DNA from: Selaginella moellendorffii
Taxonomy: Eukaryota; Plantae; Lycopodiophyta
Direction of reading: 5' to 3'
Assembly (NCBI RefSeq): GCF_000143415.4
Contig: NW_003314355.1
Span: forward strand, 577,410-641,409
DNA: 64,000 nt
The notes under the pieces were generated by a model. That model was not told the origin of the DNA. It saw only the letters and a list, made by a program, of their open reading frames with translations, and did not search any database. Position numbers and translations under genes: made by a program. This document shows, piece by piece, positions 23,888-36,252 of this stretch; position 1 is the first letter of the stretch; each line of letters starts with the position of its first letter.

Positions 23888-26800
23888 ATGCCGGCCTCCA
23901 ACGGCGGCATCGAGATCGATGGCGATGGCGATGCCTTCTCCGCCGCGGATCAGCCCACGAATTCCAATGTCCAGGTGATTGTCCGGGTGAGGCCGCCGAA
24001 TCAGCGGGAGCACGAGCAGGGCTACAAGAAGGCTGCTGCCGTCGATGCCGCAGCTCAGACGCTCACTCTCAGTGTCACGCCATTTGCCAGATCCTTCAAG
24101 TTTGATTATGTTGCCGATGAGGACGTTGGCCAGGTTTTTGATTGATTTTTCTCAAGTGATTCAGCTCATACTGTAAATCCCTTCTACAGGAAGACATGTT
24201 CCAAAGAGTGGGGAAGCCCATCACGGATGCTTGCTTGCAAGGATACCATTGCTGTCTCATTGCTTACGGTAGGAGTTTACTCTAAAAGTCTCGGATTCAT
24301 GTATAGCTTTGACATGCAATGGTTTTTCAGGACAAACTGGTGCTGGAAAGACCTTCACAATGGAAGGTAGCTTTGAACTTTTCTTTTGCTTTGTTTTTGG
24401 CTAGTGGATTTCTCACCCGAACTTCCATCGCTCAAGGGCAGGTCTCAGTGTCACGGAGGATCAGGCCCAAGCGTATGAAATGCGTGGCCTGATTCCTCGC
24501 ATTTTGGACTACATGTTCCAGAGAATGGGAGAGGAGAAAAAGGAGGTTGTATATTCCATTGGCAACCAGTTTTTTTTTTTTCACTCTTGTGCTGTTTTTT
24601 CTTCAGCGGCAGAAGGATGTTGAATATGGCATCAAGTGCTCGTATCTTCAGGTTAGTAAACTGCTTCACCACCATTCCTTATTCAGCTTTCGTGCAGATA
24701 TATAACGAGCAAGTGCAAGATCTTCTAGATCCCGACTCCGCTCATTTAAGTATCCTTTTTGTTGTCTTGCATTTGCTTGCTGTTCCTTAAAGCCTTTCAG
24801 ATATCCGCGAGGATACAAAGAATGGAATGTATGTGGATGGTCTCCAGGAAGTGGTCGTGCCATCTGCAGAAGCTACTTATGGAGTTTTTCGGCGTGGATC
24901 TCAAAACCGGCACGTCGGGATGACTGCTATGAACATTGAAAGCAGTAGGTCACATAGCGTGTTTACTTTAGTGGTCGAGTCTCAGGTACGCTTTAAACTG
25001 CTAGCTTGGTTTCTCTTATGCTCATTGTGTTCTTTGTGGTAGCGTGTTGTTGGTGGAGTGATGAACAGAAAGACATCGAGATTTTATCTTGTTGACTTAG
25101 CAGGATCTGAGCGTCAGAAGTACAGCGAGACTATTGGGATTCGACTCAAAGAAGCTGGGAGTATAAATAAATCGTTGTCCGCACTTGGAAACGTTATAAA
25201 GGTAAGCAAACATAAGCAGCAGATGTTTAGCAAAACGTAAAAGTGGTTTCAATTGTTTGCAGGCGCTTGTGGACATATCAGAAGGCAAAGTAAGGCACGT
25301 TCCTTACCGAGACTCGAAGCTAACATTCCTGCTGAAGGTTTGTGTTCAGTCGTTTGAATTAGGAATTTTACTCGTGTGCGGACCAGGACGCTTTGGGTGG
25401 AAATTCGAAGTGTACGCTAATAGCGAATGTGAGTCCAGCCGATAAGAATGGGGAGGAAACGCTTTCCACTCTTAAATTTGCTCAAAGAGCGAAGTTGATG
25501 AGAAACGCTGCCGTTGTTAACGAGGACATGCTTGGTAATCCAGCTATTATGGGCGAGGAAATAAAGAGACTTAGACTCGAGATTGCAACACTGCGAGGTA
25601 GAGCTATATTGTGTCTTGTATAGCATTGTTTCTGATATAGCTTGAGTAAAATGTGTTCAGCAAATATTGGAGCTCCATCGCTGATTTCGATACCAACTGT
25701 GGCGGCAGAGGCACTCCCAGGTATCCCCTTGTTTTTCATCTCATTCTTTATTGGTATTGATAATTTTGTTTGATTTTTAGAAAGCGAGCGAATCAGCCGC
25801 TTGGAACATATATTATCTGAATCTACAAAGCAGTCTCTAGCCGCTGAAAGGAAATCAGCTCTAGAGCTGCACGAACTCGCCACGAAGTACGAGGCTGCAC
25901 AAGCGGTTTGTGAGCGACTGGAAACAGCTTTACAGGTAAGGGTGAACGCTCTATAATTTGCATAGCATTAACAAATGTTTGCAGTCGCAAAAAATGATAA
26001 CGAGGTTGCGTGAATGTGCTATCAAAAGAGTTGAGGGTGGCCGTCCAGCTACTGATGGTGACGATGGAACTTCCGAAATGAAAGAAGAGATTGAACAGTT
26101 ACGCAAACAAGTAGAGCATCATCCAGACGTTGTGAGGTTTAAGATGGAACTCGATCTCTGTAAAGGTTCGTGTGTTTTCACTAATTGATTATGCCAAAGG
26201 AATGATCCTAACGCGAGTTGGAAGTTGTGCAGCCAAACTCGAGGAATACGAGCACAAGGACAAAGGCGAGGAGCATGTTGCTCAACTTGAAAACTACAGC
26301 CAGACGCTAAAGCTTGAATTGCAAGACACTTTAGAAGAAAAGGCTAAGCTTGATGAAGCTATGGCTGCCATGAAAGCTGAGAATGAGTCAGCAAGAGCTC
26401 AAGTACTAGTAGCCGAAGAGCAGGTATTGTTTGTTCTTTTTGCAAACGGCTTGAGAATGTTATCGTCGTTACTTGCAGTTTTTGAAGCTGCAAGAGGCAG
26501 CAGAAAAATGTAAGAAGGAAGCTACGGAGGCGATACAAAAGCAAGAGAAGACGGACGAAAGGCTACGTGAAGCAATACAAGAACAGGACCGGGTGAGAAA
26601 CTACAAAAGTTTGTTGCGCTCGTTTGTAGCTGATCGTGACGTTCAGGTTTGGCGAATGTGCAACCTTGCAGAAGCACAAGCAACAGAACTCGCTCTTGAG
26701 CTTGCCAAAGAAAAGTCTGACGCATCAAAGGCGCTACAGAAAGAAAAGGTTCCGTACTGGATACTTGCCAGTGTTGCCTTTTGACGTGTTCCTCGTGACA

Positions 26801-27132
26801 CAGGAGATTTTAAATTCCATGGTGCAAGTCATCAGTGGGGAGCGAGATGAGGTATTTTTCTTTTTCTTTTTTGTTTCCTGTTATTCTCATCGCCTCTAAC
26901 ATGCAGGCAGCAAGAACATCGAGTGAACTGGCAACGAAACTAGATATTGCCCTCGCTGCAAATGCTCTTTTAGAGTCTCGCATCAGAGATTTGGAGGGAA
27001 GGCTGGTTGAAAAGGTGTGATCATTTTCTTTTTCTCCCTTTCTTCTCATTTCTTTTTCGGGATTTGACACTGCACGTTGATTCCTTTTTTTAACATGTGT
27101 GCCCGTGCCAGAGAAGAGAGAGCATAAGTTGA
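23888..27132 (+). CDS. Kinesin-12 (KIF15/POK-like), many short introns
   Basis: [68 protein letters not shown]; coiled coil with [19 protein letters not shown]; last exon approximate. Confidence 0.88.
24750..24800 (+). other. U12-type (minor spliceosome) GT-AG intron, 51 nt
   Basis: Donor GTATCCTTTT, branch site TTCCTTAA ending 10 nt before the intron end; removal restores HLNIRED. Confidence 0.8.
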
Positions 27133-27250
27133 GATCTGTACACATGTGCTTTTTGTTGGTATTGTGGGTATCAAAATTTTAACCAACCGGTGAGCTGCCG
27201 TCGTTTCTTTACTGTCTACGGAGCTCATGAGAGACACTTGTGTGTTTTCT

Positions 27251-28553
27251 TTATTCAGGTAACAGGAAGTGATCCAGCGCTCCCATGAAAAGCTTGGCTT
27301 TTACTTGTAGATACTCGTTCCAAGTGAGGCAGCGGTAGAGAGGTTTGCTGGGATGGATGGGGCAAATGGAAACCGTGGGAGGCGGGGTGAAGAAGTAAAC
27401 CAGCGAGAGACGTTCGAAGCGTTCGTTAACGAGAGCTCTGTGCAAGGCACTATGGAAGACGTTGTTGCTCATCAACTGTAGAAAGGCAAGGCAAGGCAAA
27501 GCACTGTCAGAGGCTGGAAAAACTGGATGAGATTCCAGGATACCTGAAGCATGTCACCGACTTGGATGACAAAGGCACCGGGAACAGGCTTGATGGCGAT
27601 CCACTTGTCACCTCTTTTCACTTGCAAGCCTCCGACGCTGCCTTGGTGCATGATGGTGAGGCAGCTGGAATCGGTGTGGGACGCGAGACCCATTGCTTCC
27701 GAGGGGCTGGGACAGGGGGGATAGAAGTTCATGTGGATCATCCCCCAGAAGTTCCGGATATGTTGGTGAATTCGCTCCTCGCTTGCTTCCAGGCCGTGGA
27801 GGATGAGGTCGGTGATGAGCAGGGCCAGGCCGCGCATCGCCTTATCGTACTCTTCAAACGACTTGCTGCCAAGGACAGAGACAAAAACCGTGAGAGCATG
27901 AAAAAGACAACGTCGTTTGTTGGTATGCGAAAGGTAAGAGCAGAATGGAAGTCTGTTCTTTGTTAACTTCCTTGTTCTTACCAGAAATCTTGCTCGCTGT
28001 GGACGCAGAGCTTGCGGGCGTATGCCTCGAAATTGTTGTGCGGAGAGCCCATCATGGTGAAGGCCTCGGACCACATTAGCCGGTTGAAGAAGGAGGCCAT
28101 TCTGGTGGCGCCGTAGCCGAAGAGAGTCCCGGGTGGTCTCTCGGCCCGGAGCTTGTCCGACTCGGGGAGAGCAAACAAGTCGAGGCTCGTCCTCCGCGCT
28201 CGCTCCACAACTTGGTCAGGCACGCCGTGATTCACCACCTGGAACGCTCCCCACTCGCGGCAGGCGGATCTCATCTCCTCGCATATCTCCTTGCGCCTCT
28301 CATCGGATCGATCCAGCTCCGCCAGGTTGATCACAGGCACCACCACCTCGTCCTCCAGCTCCGCCGGATCATCCTCCGCTGCTGCCGTCTCGCTCGAGCT
28401 CCAGCGATAAGCTTCCGGGAGCTGCTGCCCTCTCTCGAGCATCTTGCTGAGGCTTCCTACATTCGACACTGATCGCAGGAGCTGGGCTCCGCAGGAAGAA
28501 GGCGTGGGAGACTGGGAGAGCCCCGATGGGAGCCGTGTTGTTCCTAGCATCAT
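27251..28553 (-). CDS. GA3ox: 2-oxoglutarate/Fe(II) dioxygenase, gibberellin 3-oxidase-like (3 exons)
   Basis: WGAFQVVNHGV, GYGATRMASFFNRLMWSEAFT (GA3ox signature), MGLASHTDSS, H..R.S motif. Confidence 0.8.
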
Positions 28554-31500
28554 CTATCTCCAAGGTAGACTATATAAAAACCAAAGTATTAGGAGTTATG
28601 AAGTTAAGGAGGAGTTCGCTCTTTGCCTCTCAAGGCAGGCACATAGCCTAGGCAGGGGAAATACATATACACTCTTTAAATTTCTTTGCTCTCTACTCAC
28701 ACCCTCCACCATTCCACCATTGTAGTGCTTGAGGCCAAAGTAAATAGCAGTGGGGTGAGTGATGGGCAGGGCTGGCACAGGGCAGCTGAGTGGGGAGCCC
28801 CACAAATTGCATTGGGTCACAGAAGCAGCAAGAGACAAAGGTGGTGACATATGGAATGAGTAATAAGCCAGTGGTATTAGCCAAGGCCTGGAACGACAGC
28901 TTGTCCCCTACCATGTCAATTAGTGCCCGATCTCCGTCTGATGCAATGGACAGCAGTCCGAAAATCGTCCACTTCCTCCCTAGGAATCCTTCCCCATCAA
29001 GATCCCAAAACTTTTTCTCTATTTCTAACATTGTATATTCAATTAATGTGAGTGCATGGAATATGGTAAGGGAATATAGAAAATGTGCTTAATTAACCCA
29101 AAAACCATTGTAGCCATACATTTGAACCTCATAACATCCCCTCCAAAATGATAGAATACCATTCTTTTATGGATAAGAGGAACATTAGGAGGAGGTATAG
29201 GTGAATCTGTAAGTGGTGTTAGTTGTTTCTAATCCTTTTGTATGAAGTGTTTTAGTTATTGCATATATATAATTTCTAGAGGATTAGCATATTGGATGTT
29301 ATGCCAAATCTTATAAACTTGTGGTCCAATTTATTGTAACACTTAATATAGTCCTTTTTATTGAATAATAGGCCCTTTAAATAAACCATATACCTTAAAA
29401 TTGGGAAAATAAACTATCCATTTTGTACTTTACAAATGAACAATGATAGGGGTTATAATGCCATTGTTGTCCCACTTGTATGTGGCCTAGGTGTTCAGCA
29501 AATTCTGCTCAGACAAGTGGAAGGATGCTTGTCAAAAACTAATCCCAAAACCCAACATTAGAAACTTATGGCAATCACAAAGGTAAACTCAATTCTATCA
29601 ATAGCATTGAATCATGTATAATAATAGAACTTTACACCCCTATGACATATGCATACTAAAGAGATAACAAATAATCATCTCAATTTAAATGTTAAAAGTT
29701 CATACTTTGCAATCATCCATTTGAAGGTCCGAATGAGCTATTCCACCAAACCATCTAACTGTGGATAATAAACACTTGTGAAAGTGTGGTACATCCCCAA
29801 TTAAAACATCAAAACGTGAAAAGCCTCAGCCATAAATATGGGATAATTATCCAAAAGAATCCATTTTAAATAGGAATGTTGGAACATCACTCAATTAAGG
29901 AGGAACTAACTAATAGCAGTGGCAAATGCACTAGTAAGAATGTTAACTTCCACCCAATGAGTCAAGTAGTCAGAAACAATATTGATATATTCATTACCAA
30001 TAATAAACAAACTCAAACGGATGGGAAATTGTAATTAACTCCAACCATCTTTTCGTAATATGAGAGGGAGTATTATGAGCTTAGTACCAAACACAGCTAT
30101 ACACATATTGGATAATATCACATCGCATCTCTAGCCAATAAAAAACCTATACAACTTCTTAGTCATACAACAATGTTCCATATACCCACTTAAAATAGAA
30201 GAATTATGGTAGTCATGGAGAAAGCATAGAATAAAGATCGAAGACACCATTAGCCGTAAATGATCATCAAAATCCATCCCCACAAAATAAAAAAGACCAT
30301 TCTCAAGGCAATATTGAGAATGTAAATGCCAAGAGGGCAAATAGTCAACAAGTGATGCAGGATTCTCAAATCTATTGCAAAGCCTTCAATCTATAACTCA
30401 ATCTTTTAGGCCTCGTGAACTTCATCAAAAGAATGTAAATCTTGTTCTACACCTTGTGGACACTAAACATCAAATATAGCAACCATTGATGGCATGGAAT
30501 CTTTATTTAAAAAATTCATATATGCAGGAGTAACAAACTCATTAGAAATATGATAAAAGAGTGAAAAAGGAAGAGGAGCTCGAGAAAGGGCATCAGCATT
30601 AACTATAGGACTCCCTAACTGATGAATAACATCAAAATCATATATTTAAAGCTTCAAAACCCATTGAGTAATATGACTAACCAAGTTTTTCTGCTTCAAT
30701 AATGAAGTAACTATAGTATGATCACCTTTTAGTAACGTTTGAGAACCATGTAGATATGCATGAAATTTTTCAAAATCCTAAACTGCTACTAAACACTCCT
30801 TCTTTGTAGTGGAGTAGTTCACCTCTGCTAGTTATAATGTATGATTAATATATGCAATAGAATGGTGCTAACTAAGCACACTCGGGCTCTCTTGCATTAA
30901 TACACCTCCAAGATCAATATCAGAAATATTCATATGCAAAATGAAAGGTCAAGTGTAATTAGGATATATTAAAATTGAAAGAGTTGTCAATATCTCTTTG
31001 AGATCCACAAATATCCGCTCGCAGTCTGCAGACCAAATGAAAGATAATGTTAATGACTTCAACAACACTTGTAACAGTGCACTGCAATCAGAAAAATGAT
31101 CAACAAAATGACCAAGATATTGCACTTTGCCCAAGAAGTGCTACACATCATTCACACACTTCAGTGTAAGAAACTTTAGAATAGCAACAAGTTTTTCAGC
31201 ATCAACTTGCAAACCTTTGATAAATATGGTATCCAAGATAAGTCATATCTTTAGATCCAAACACACACTTTGACTGCTTTACCTTTAAACCAACTTCCCG
31301 AAGTTGATTCAACACCTTAGGAACATCATGGACGTATTCCTCCCATGTGCCCTTTGAGTGGATTAAGACATCTTTGATAAAGTAAAAATCATCTCTGGTA
31401 TATCACAGAGAACTTTATCCATCATTTGTTAGAAAGTTGCTAAAGCATTTATCAAATGAAACGGCATCACCAAGAACTTATACAAACCAAACAATGTACA

Positions 31501-34226
31501 AAAAACAATCTTAGGAATATCGTCTTCGGCCATCAGTACTTGCCAATAACCAAAAGTAAGATTTAACTTAGTGAACCAATGACTTTTCCTTAGACGATCA
31601 AAAAGATCAACAGTATGAGGAAAAGAGTACATATCTGGGATTGTCACTTCGTTTAATAGATGATAATCAATATAGAAATAAAAACTCCTATTAAGCTTCA
31701 TCACAAGATGAAGTTCATAAGCATAAGAACTTTGCAACTTTCAAATAACACCCTTTTCCAACATCTCCTTAATATTTGCATATAAAATTTTGATCTTTTT
31801 GGGTGACTGATGACGAACAAAAACTTTGATTAGACGAGTATCCCCAATTGAAATAAGATGACGTATTGGAATTTTAGCCCCAAACGATGTCAAATTCAAA
31901 GAGATCGGCATACTCCTTCATGAACTAGTCAACCGTTACAATATAAAAACCATTGAAGGGATCAGAAAAGAGAAAAGAGGAACAAAATGGAAACATATAA
32001 AAAAGTAATGGAGAGATAAAAGTGATGGAAGTAAAGGTAAAAGTAAAAGGATAAAAAAAAAACAGAAGTGAGAGGAATGGAAGAGATATAAAGAAATATG
32101 AAATAAAGGGGAAAAGCCTCAAACTCACACTTGGTATAATTGCGCCACAACCAATCCATACCACAGATGAGGTCGAAAGCTTGACTTATCACTACCCATA
32201 ATGATTGCAACTCAAACTTGAGACTACCTATCCACACAACCAGGCCCGCCTCATCATACATATGTACAGCTGTTGCCATAAAGAATGAAAATTGGCACTG
32301 CTACACAATGTAAATATAGATGGTAATATGTGGCAACAAGCCAAGCAATAGAAGATAAACTCAAGCCTATATCAACCAATACAGAAAAAAGAATAGAAGA
32401 CCTCTTATTATAAAAACAAGCTTGGAAAGTAGATACTGGATGAACTAGTGCCAAGTGAACCCCTTGAAACACCATGGGAAACACTATGGCCTAACGGCCC
32501 AATATGAGTACCTCTACCCCCCCCCTTCCATCCCAAAGGGAAGGCCCAAGCCCCTAGGAAGGGTGACGAGTAATGAGCTGCAAGGTATTTAAGTGGGGCA
32601 CCATTCTACATGAGTCGGGAGCATTGCAGTCGGTTTCCCTTCCAGGAGTGAGAGCTGCTCTTGAGCACTTCCTTGGGTGGCCCCTCCGGCACCACCCAAG
32701 TCCATGCTCACTCCCACCCAAGGCCCCTCGGCCTCAATCTCAACCTCAAGTCAATTTGGAAGCACATTTGAAGAGTTCCTTCAAGATTGGTTCCTGGACC
32801 TCATTATCCCTACTATACTTTTGGAACCCCCAGTAGCCCCCCCCTTAGGAGACATGCTTTGGGCTTTCACCCCATGACCTATATTAGTATTTGAACTTTG
32901 TCTCAAACTTGATCTTGGACTCGGACTCAGTCTTGGACTTGATCTCGTACTCAACTTCGGACTCAGTCTTGGACTCCATCTCAAACTCCATCTTGGACCC
33001 GACCTCAGACTCCATCTCGGACTTGATCTCGAACTTAGTCTCGGACCCATTCTCAGATTTTGGACTCGGTCTTGAACTCAGTCTCAAACATGGTCTTGAA
33101 CTCAATCTTGGACTCGATCTCAAACTCAGTCTTGAATTTGGTCTTGGACTCGATCTCGAACTCGGTCTCAAACTCAGTCTTAGAGTTAGTCTTGGACTCG
33201 ATCTTAGACTCAATCTCATCCAATGAATTCTTTATCATTTCGGTTATGCACTCGGGGATTTTTTAGCCTTCAACACCTCGGGGAGTTGGTTCCTTACAAC
33301 TCCACCACCCATAGAAGAAGTTCGATACCCACATCAAACGCCTATTATTAATCCTACAACTTGTTGACCATGTCTTCGGGGGCATCCCCCACTTAGCGGT
33401 GTGCCTAAGTTAGCCTCCCTGACCAAAAGCCCATGACAACGGAATATAAGTGTCCTTATACCCCTCCCCTCACCTCGCCTTAGTATGGGGTTAGGACTTG
33501 AACCCAACCTTGCTTTACTAGAGGGTTGGGACTTGAACCCAACCTCTATAGAGTACGTTTACGGGTTTGATATCCTCGCAGGGAGTCGGGTGTAGTTCCC
33601 TACGCCTGGTTAACCTAGTTAACCCATGCTAATTAGCTTACCTTCAGCGTGCCTTCAGGTCCCAACATACGCCATTGCTCAATTTTTTAAAATAGATTCT
33701 TTAATTGAATTTTGCATAAGTACATAGAGTTTTATCTTGCAAAAATTCCTCCACTAGATCCCGTATGTTCGCTAGGTTCTCCTTTGGTTCCTATGTTGCT
33801 TCGTAGTGCGGAAATCCTTTCCACTTCACATGGAACTCCCTCACCTTGTGTCCTTGTCGCTTGCTTTTGTGCACATTAAGGATGGCTTCGACTTTGTATT
33901 TCTCTTCCCCTTTGATAACCTCAAGTAAAGGTCTTACTTGGTCCTTTCAAAGTGGATCCTCAAAGTATGCCTTAAATAAGCTTATATGGAACATAGGGTG
34001 CATTTTCCCCATCTCTCGAAGAAGTCAGATGTAGTAAGCCACCCTACCAATTCATGCCTCAATCTCGTAAGGCCCCGTGAACCTGCTTAAGGAACTCAAG
34101 ATTAATTCATTTCTAGGAATACATGCATTTTACCTTTAAGTCAACTTTCGGCTAATCCCACTTGGTAGGCTCAGGTTCTTGGTGTTCAGCCACACCTTCT
34201 CCCCAGGTTGGAACTCTATATCCCAG

Positions 34227-36252
34227 TGTGAGACACAAATCCCTAAGCCCTAAAGTGGAGCCGAAAGGGCACCACAGGGTGGTGACCAAAATGAAAGCCA
34301 AACAAGCGTAACACATTTAGACTAAAAGCTCCGACTTGAAAGGTCGAGAGCGGGAGTGGAACTCCCAACAAATTGCTCAAGGAACAAGCACGAAGTGAGC
34401 AATAAGTGAGGCTCTAGAAAAGGGACACAAGAGGACCAACACATGACACGTGGAAGTGTTTGAGATGGACCTGAGATGGAGTTCGAGATGGACTCGAGAT
34501 GGACCCGAGATGGACCCGAGATGGAGTCTGAGATGGAGTCTGAGATGGAGTCCGAGATGGACCTGAGATGGAGTCCGAGATGAAGTCTGAGATGGACCCG
34601 AGATGGAGTCCGAGATGGACCCGAGATGGAGTCCGAGATGGACCCGAGATGGAGTCTGAGATGGACCCGAGATGGAGTCCGAGATGGACTTGAGATGGAG
34701 TCCGAGATGGAGTCCAAGATGGACCTGAGATGGAATCTAAGATTGACCCAAGATGGAGTCCGAGATGGACCTGAGATGGAGTCCGAAATGGACTCAAGAT
34801 GGAGTCCGAGATGGAGTCCAAGATGGACCTGAGATGGACCCAAGATGGAGTCTGAGATGGAGTCCAAGATGGAGTTCGAGATGGACTTGAGATGGAGTCC
34901 GAGATGGAGTCTGAGATGGACCCGAGATGGAGTCCAAAATGGAGTCTAAGATGGACCCGAGATGGAGTCTGAGATGGACCTGAGATGGAGTCCGAGATGG
35001 AATCTGAGATGGACCTGAGATAGAGTTTGAGATGGACCCGAGATGGAGTCTGAGATGGACTCGAGATGGAGTTCGAGATGGACTCGAGATGGAGTCTAAG
35101 ATGGACCCGAGATGGAGTCTAAGATGGACCCGAGATGGAGTCCGAGATGGAACCAAGACCGAGACCGAGACTGAGACCGAGATCACCGAGATCGAGACCG
35201 AGACCAAGTCCGAGTCTAAGGCCGAGACTGAGACCAAGTCCGAGTCCGAATACTAATGCAGGCTGTTGAGTGAAAGCCCAAAGCGATCGTCCCCCCGGGG
35301 GGGGGGGCAAAGAAGGCTTCCAAAAGTATAATAGGGAGAGTGTGGGGGTTGGATCCCAGTGGAGCCAATTTGGCTAGAAAGGCCATACTCAGTTGTTGGG
35401 TGATGAAATAACCATTGAGAAGTCCAAGGCTAGAGTGAATACGGACTGACAAACGAGGTAGCTTGGTGGAGTGTTCAAGAGCCGGCTCTAGTTCCCTCGG
35501 GAGATCGAATGGTCGATGTTCCCAATCCAAGTATGGGTGACACTACCTATTTGGATACCTGGCGTGGCTCAACGGAACCTTGCTTTAAGCCCATGGCTAG
35601 GGCACACAAAGGTGGAAGGCAGGGAGAGTACCCACAAGGCTCGCGTAAGGCCACAATGTTCCGAGATGTTGTCCCAAAGTCCCAGACTGTGAAAAGGAAG
35701 AGGAGCAATCCTTTGGTGTAGAGACCAAGGATATAGTCATATGAGGAGGAAATCCCAGAGGACCATGGGACTTAGTGGTCAGGCCTGTGGGCCTTGATCC
35801 AATGGCAGTGTTGGTGAATATGGCCATGGATAGAAAGGGACTTGGTGGGGACTGGAAAGAGGATGTTAGGGAAGGGTATTCCCCATGCCTGCGGGCATCC
35901 TAAAGATGCTAAAAAGTGGATCTGGGATGATCACTCATGGATGGATAGCCTAGTTTTTGAGAGACAGGACTATGATGCAGATGGTGTTAAACCACCGGTG
36001 TGACCAAGGTGAAGGGGCATGGCCTTAGCGTAATAGGCTGATATGTTAGTGGTACCTTGGGGTGTCGGTCATAGGATCAGACATATGGAGCACTTGGACC
36101 AAATGCAAAGGTTGAGTTGCGGGGATGCCGTTCTTAGGGCTAGCAATCCCAAGTTCGGAATAGGACTTCTGGAGGCTGTAAGTGAGACTCCTCCAAGTGG
36201 TTGGAGGTGTGGTTAAGTGAATAAAGTAGAATGAAAAAATTAGTCACTTACA
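34227..36252 (+). mobile_element. Solo LTR (~2.0 kb, TG..CA) of a family related to B
   Basis: Interrupts the B integrase at KHR|DIEFQPG; TG/CA termini; degenerate 5-bp TSD (CCCAG/CTCGA); shares TGAAAGCCCAA..TTCCAAAAGTATA with B LTRs. Confidence 0.7.
34463..35253. repeat. LTR-internal minisatellite of GAGATGGAGTCC / GAGATGGACCC units followed by GAGACC hexamers
   Basis: Directly visible 11/12-bp units over ~700 bp. Confidence 0.95.

Noticed and set aside
25721-25780. Second possible U12 intron (GTATCCCC donor)
   Set aside because: Donor deviates from GTATCCTT and there is no CCTTAA branch box
7368-28553. GST + UGT + 2OGD as a biosynthetic gene cluster
   Set aside because: Interspersed with housekeeping genes and no scaffold-forming enzyme; kept only as weak speculation
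33300-33700. Hammerhead ribozyme in the structured retroelement 3' region
   Set aside because: Core CTGANGA/GAAA motifs not found on either strand
34463-35253. CRISPR-like array
   Set aside because: No unique spacers and no cas genes; eukaryotic LTR minisatellite
32781-35310. SPR/ESK/DSIS repeat ORFs resembling protamine or mucin proteins
   Set aside because: Translations of LTR tandem repeats, open in several frames on both strands
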